Made by a program: the position numbers and the translations under genes. This document shows, piece by piece, positions 60,879 to 64,000 of a stretch of DNA of 64,000 nucleotides. The first letter of the stretch is position 1, and the number at the start of each line of letters is the position of its first letter. Source of the DNA: Candidatus Micrarchaeota archaeon (lineage in GTDB: Archaea; Micrarchaeota; Micrarchaeia; Anstonellales; J096); contig JALWQW010000030.1 in assembly GCA_026982895.1 (NCBI GenBank), positions 14,115-78,114 of the forward strand, written 5' to 3'. The notes below the pieces were generated by a model. It did no database searches, was not told where the DNA came from, and saw only the letters and a program-made list of their open reading frames with translations.

Positions 60879-61723
60879 AGAATGTTAAAATAGGCAAATG
60901 GAAAAGCTGGGCAGAGCTTTTTAGGATAGAACATGGCATCATGTTGAGTTTTGCTCTGTTAGCGTCGCTGTGGTATATGGATGCGCAGCTGAATTTTATT
61001 CAATGGATAGCTGCCTTTCTAACGCCTTTATTCATCGAGATGGGAGCGTTTGCTTTAAACGATTACTATGATGTGGAAACAGACAAGAAGAATAAACGCT
61101 TTGACAGGCCCATAATACGTGGCGAGATTAAGAGAGAGGCTGCTTTTAAAATCGGCCTGGCATGCCTTATTATAGGGGTTATAGCGTCCTTTCCTTTGGG
61201 CAAAGTAGCGCTTGGCCTCGCCCTTTTTTCAGCCACACTCTCATATTATTACGATGCGCGCCTTAAATACACGCCCCTGTTAGGCAATGCTGCCATCGCA
61301 TTCTCAATGGCCCTTCCATTCTTGTACGCCTTTGCCATAACAGGAAAAAGCCATATCCTTCTAGTAGATTTAGCCGTAACAGCTTTTATCATGGGCTTAG
61401 CAAGAGAGATAGGTAAAGATTTGCAGGACTTAAAAGGCGATGCAGAAGTTGGCATGGGCAAAACCCTGCCTATGCTTATAGGCGAGAAATACACACAATG
61501 GCTTGTCGTATTTATATTTTTAATAAGCGCTGTGCCCATAGGTCATATAGCAATAAACTTATCTTCAAAGGCGGGCTGGTTCTTCCTTTTATTAGCAATA
61601 TGGGCTTTAGTTAAGAGCATAGCCTTCTTCACCGTTTGGAAGCAATACAACCTATTTAGGAAATTCACGCTCATAGGGATGGCTCTGGGTATGTTGGCTG
61701 TGTTTGTGGGTAAGATTATTTAG
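60875..61723 (+). CDS. UbiA-family prenyltransferase (possibly DGGGP synthase)
   Basis: NDYYDVETDKKNKRFDRPI (NDxxDxxxD), a second Asp-rich region KDLQDLKGD, and 8-9 TMs. Confidence 0.75.
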   Translation: MKNVKIGKWKSWAELFRIEHGIMLSFALLASLWYMDAQLNFIQWIAAFLTPLFIEMGAFALNDYYDVETDKKNKRFDRPIIRGEIKREAAFKIGLACLIIGVIASFPLGKVALGLALFSATLSYYYDARLKYTPLLGNAAIAFSMALPFLYAFAITGKSHILLVDLAVTAFIMGLAREIGKDLQDLKGDAEVGMGKTLPMLIGEKYTQWLVVFIFLISAVPIGHIAINLSSKAGWFFLLLAIWALVKSIAFFTVWKQYNLFRKFTLIGMALGMLAVFVGKII

Positions 61724-63500
61724 GCGCAGTTAGGTTGGGAGGTATACTTCCAAAAATAACAAGAGCAGGTAGGATGTCCTTAGTATATGGATAGTAAATA
61801 TAAAGATCTGATGTGCCTATGACACGCTTTTCTATGAACTTATCAAAAGCCCATTTATTGTCAGAAAAGAAACCATTTATAGCGTCAAAATAATATTCTT
61901 TACCCTCTCTACCCCATATCTTAACAACAACGTGTGAAGCATATCCTTTTTTATTAGATCTATAGACTCCTAAAGTGGCATCATATCCAAAGTTCTTTAT
62001 GAACCATACAAAAAGTTGAGCAAAATCATCACAGTCACCATAGAGGAATTCTTCATCCAAGCCATTTTTCTTAACATATTTATAATAATTAGCAAGAGCT
62101 CTTAAAACATCTTTATCTAATAACCAGCTAACATTAGGATCTTTGTAAGAGGGATCTTCCTCTCCTTTTAGATTACTCATTTCTCTATTATTGTTATCCA
62201 ATTCTTTTTTATATTTCTGCCCACGGCCTCTTGCCAAATCCCTCATATTTAAAAACTGAAGATTACCATTCCCAGAAGGAAGGATATATGCAAATATATG
62301 ATTCATCCAAAAGTGTGCTAGCTCCTTCACAGAGGGATTGAGAGGTAGTTCTTTCTTAGCTTTTGCCTTAAGTATATTCAGCACCTTCAATGCCTTTTTA
62401 AGTCGATAGGCTATATTATGATCATCATAAACACCCAATGCATTATTTTCTTTTTTTCCTGAACCTTTGATTGTAAATGTTGCTAAGAAATCTGTAAAGA
62501 AGTTCTCTGCTTTCTCTAAATCACCATCAAAAAGTTCTAGAGCTAATCTTGCTAGTTCTTTCTTCCAAGGAAAATGATAGAAGATGGGTCGGATATATGA
62601 AATTCCAGAAAACCCAGAAGTCATTTGATAATAAATCTTCTTAAGATTAGGATACCCTGCCTTATCAAGTTCAGAACCTAATAATGATGATGAAACGCCA
62701 TTAGCTTGTAAAAAATTAAGTAAAATATATATATTTATAAAACCATCTTCCTCATTTTTAGCAAGTATAAAGTTCTTCACAAGTATATTAGATACAAGAT
62801 TATGCACTTTTTTGCCTGTCAATTCAGATGCTAATAGTATAATTTTATTATCATTAACATTAGGAGTGGTGAACATGCTGGCATATTCACTATCTACTGT
62901 AACAAAGGGGCGGAATGTGCTTAACAATTTGGGAGTGTATTTTTCCTCCTCTGTAGCACTTCCTTCTTGCGCAATGTCCTCTTCAGGCTCTGCTTGTTTT
63001 TTCTCCTCAACAATCTTTTGTTCCTCAAGTTCACCCCCATCTATGTTTTGTTGTGGGGTGTCTTTTAGATTATTGTCTATTTTATCTGTATTTTCTTGTT
63101 GCGGCTGGCTTCTGCCATGAGGTCGCTCAGCCTGATTATCATCCATTTTATGTGTATTTTCTTGAGGAATCTCCTCCTGAGGCTGGAGTTTTCGCTTATC
63201 AGATTGATTGGGGGCTGGTTGGTGTGGCTTCGGCTTTATCTCTTCTTCTTGAGGTTTCTCGTGATTTGAAGGATTTGAAGGGTTTGAATGTTGTTTTGGT
63301 TTTATTCTCTCCTCTAATGGCTTCCTTTGGGTAAACACGTGCTCCATCTTAGAATTAGAATGAGTAAGATGAGGAGAAGTATTTCTCAAAAAAGCCCTGT
63401 TTACACCAAAAGCTATCAACGCTGCTACACCTAAACCCTCTATGAACTTCAAACTAGTTACTACACCATCTTTAATTTTTGAACGAGATTTTTCTACCAT
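61716..63500 (-). CDS. membrane-anchored protein with P/Q/E-rich linker and C-terminal transglutaminase-like (Cys-His-Asp) core
   Basis: N-terminal TM (LGVAALIAFGV) and a low-complexity linker (NPSNPSNHEKPQEEEIKPKPHQP...). C-terminal YGDCDDFAQLFVWFIKNFGYDA...ASHVVVKIW...YYFDAING fits the papain-like transglutaminase core pattern. Confidence 0.5.
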   Translation of the reverse strand: MVEKSRSKIKDGVVTSLKFIEGLGVAALIAFGVNRAFLRNTSPHLTHSNSKMEHVFTQRKPLEERIKPKQHSNPSNPSNHEKPQEEEIKPKPHQPAPNQSDKRKLQPQEEIPQENTHKMDDNQAERPHGRSQPQQENTDKIDNNLKDTPQQNIDGGELEEQKIVEEKKQAEPEEDIAQEGSATEEEKYTPKLLSTFRPFVTVDSEYASMFTTPNVNDNKIILLASELTGKKVHNLVSNILVKNFILAKNEEDGFINIYILLNFLQANGVSSSLLGSELDKAGYPNLKKIYYQMTSGFSGISYIRPIFYHFPWKKELARLALELFDGDLEKAENFFTDFLATFTIKGSGKKENNALGVYDDHNIAYRLKKALKVLNILKAKAKKELPLNPSVKELAHFWMNHIFAYILPSGNGNLQFLNMRDLARGRGQKYKKELDNNNREMSNLKGEEDPSYKDPNVSWLLDKDVLRALANYYKYVKKNGLDEEFLYGDCDDFAQLFVWFIKNFGYDATLGVYRSNKKGYASHVVVKIWGREGKEYYFDAINGFFSDNKWAFDKFIEKRVIGTSDLYIYYPYTKDILPALVIFGSIPPNLTAPK

Positions 63501-63523
63501 GTTTAGTTATTATGAATGGTAAA

Positions 63524-63536
63524 GTTTAAAAATATA
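63524..63536 (-). promoter_or_regulatory. TATA-like A/T box for 61716..63500
   Basis: Minus-strand tatatttttaaac, 24-36 nt upstream of ATG 63500. Confidence 0.5.
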
Positions 63537-63585
63537 TCTCTACTATTTATCACTAATCTGTTTATCACTATTAATTCAACAATGT

Positions 63586-63591
63586 AAAAAA
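63586..63591 (-). terminator. oligo-T tract downstream of tRNA-Gly
   Basis: T6 on the minus strand, starting 6 nt after the tRNA 3' end. Confidence 0.45.
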
Positions 63592-63596
63592 TGATA

Positions 63597-63667
63597 TGCG
63601 CCAGCCGGGATTTGAACCCGGGTCCCCAGCGTGGGAGGCTGATATCCTGCCGCTAGACTACTGGCGC
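63597..63667 (-). tRNA. tRNA-Gly (anticodon CCC)
   Basis: Reverse complement: GCGCCAG-TA-GTCT-AGCGGCA-GGAT-A-TCAGC-CTCCCAC-GCTGG-GGAC-CCGGG-TTCAAAT-CCCGG-CTGGCGC-A. All stems pair (three G-U pairs), 71 nt, no encoded CCA. Confidence 0.88.
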
Positions 63668-63690
63668 TGCCTTCTAAATAGAGGTTTATG

Positions 63691-63702
63691 CTTTTAAATT
63701 TA
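63691..63702 (-). promoter_or_regulatory. TATA-like A/T box for tRNA-Gly
   Basis: Minus-strand taaatttaaaag, 24-35 nt upstream of the tRNA 5' end at 63667. Confidence 0.55.
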
Positions 63703-63705
63703 ATG

Positions 63706-63972
63706 TTATTTCTCTCCGCCTTTTGAAGCATCCCTATTTTTGAGGTACATGTAAGCCAGTAGATGCGCCCATAACAATCCTTGAAGGAATATAATATTTT
63801 TTATATTATCAATTTTAACCTCCTTTCCAGCGGCGATGAAGTTGTACAATTTATCTACAGAGGAACGGAGGTCTGTTAGATGCTTTGCCAGCCGTTCCCT
63901 ATTGTTAACAATGACTATCAACGCTGCCAATCTCAGAACATGCTTTTTATAGCTTACAACAAGTTTATCCAT
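63706..63972 (-). CDS. hypothetical protein (88 aa)
   Basis: ORF only. One hydrophobic segment (LRLAALIVIV). Confidence 0.35.
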   Translation of the reverse strand: MDKLVVSYKKHVLRLAALIVIVNNRERLAKHLTDLRSSVDKLYNFIAAGKEVKIDNIKNIIFLQGLLWAHLLAYMYLKNRDASKGGEK

Positions 63973-64000
63973 TTTTTTGTCTGAAATTTCGCCTTTTGAG

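Noticed and set aside
1-64000. rRNA genes, RNase P/SRP RNA and C/D-box sRNAs
   Set aside because: No rRNA-like conserved stretches were seen, and the intergenic gaps are short. I found no C box (RTGATGA) plus D box (CTGA) pairs in the gaps I scanned by eye. A covariance-model scan would be needed to exclude small ncRNAs.

Overview
This is a gene-dense archaeal chromosomal segment. It carries typical archaeal information-processing genes: Pelota, RFC small subunit, GlyRS, RNase Z, primase PriL+PriS, topoisomerase VI B+A, Dph2, ribosomal protein L10e, tRNA-splicing endonuclease, TrmI, proteasome beta, aIF2-beta, aIF1A and a Rio kinase. It also carries AglB, a lower mevalonate-pathway operon (MDD-PMK-MVK) and a UbiA prenyltransferase. 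Two tRNAs are present: tRNA-Tyr(GTA) with a 22-nt intron in a canonical bulge-helix-bulge, and tRNA-Gly(CCC). Many ORFs have no recognisable family, proteins tend to be short, and genes are often joined by 1-4 nt overlaps. This fits a small-genome, DPANN-like archaeon, but that lineage call is inference only. No rRNA genes or CRISPR arrays were seen.

The clearest accessory region is 24.8-28.5 kb. It holds a 1.9-kb cassette bounded by perfect 107-bp direct repeats, containing a decayed IS4/IS5-type transposase and an AT-rich orphan gene. Next to it are a 10-repeat cysteine-rich lipoprotein and a DUF2892 membrane protein with a histone-H1-like basic tail.

Other points worth a second look:
- a Cdc48-like double-AAA ATPase fused to a polytopic membrane domain
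- a multi-unit EndA coupled to trmI
- an unknown third gene translationally coupled to top6BA
- a paralogous gene pair sharing promoter and C-terminal motif
- three small genes missed by the ORF track, including a Sec61-beta homologue
- a very regular TTTTTAAA-type promoter about 22-32 nt before start codons, implying mostly leaderless mRNAs; three divergent gene pairs about 50 bp apart share one such box

All functional calls rest on motifs read by eye. No database search or computation was possible.
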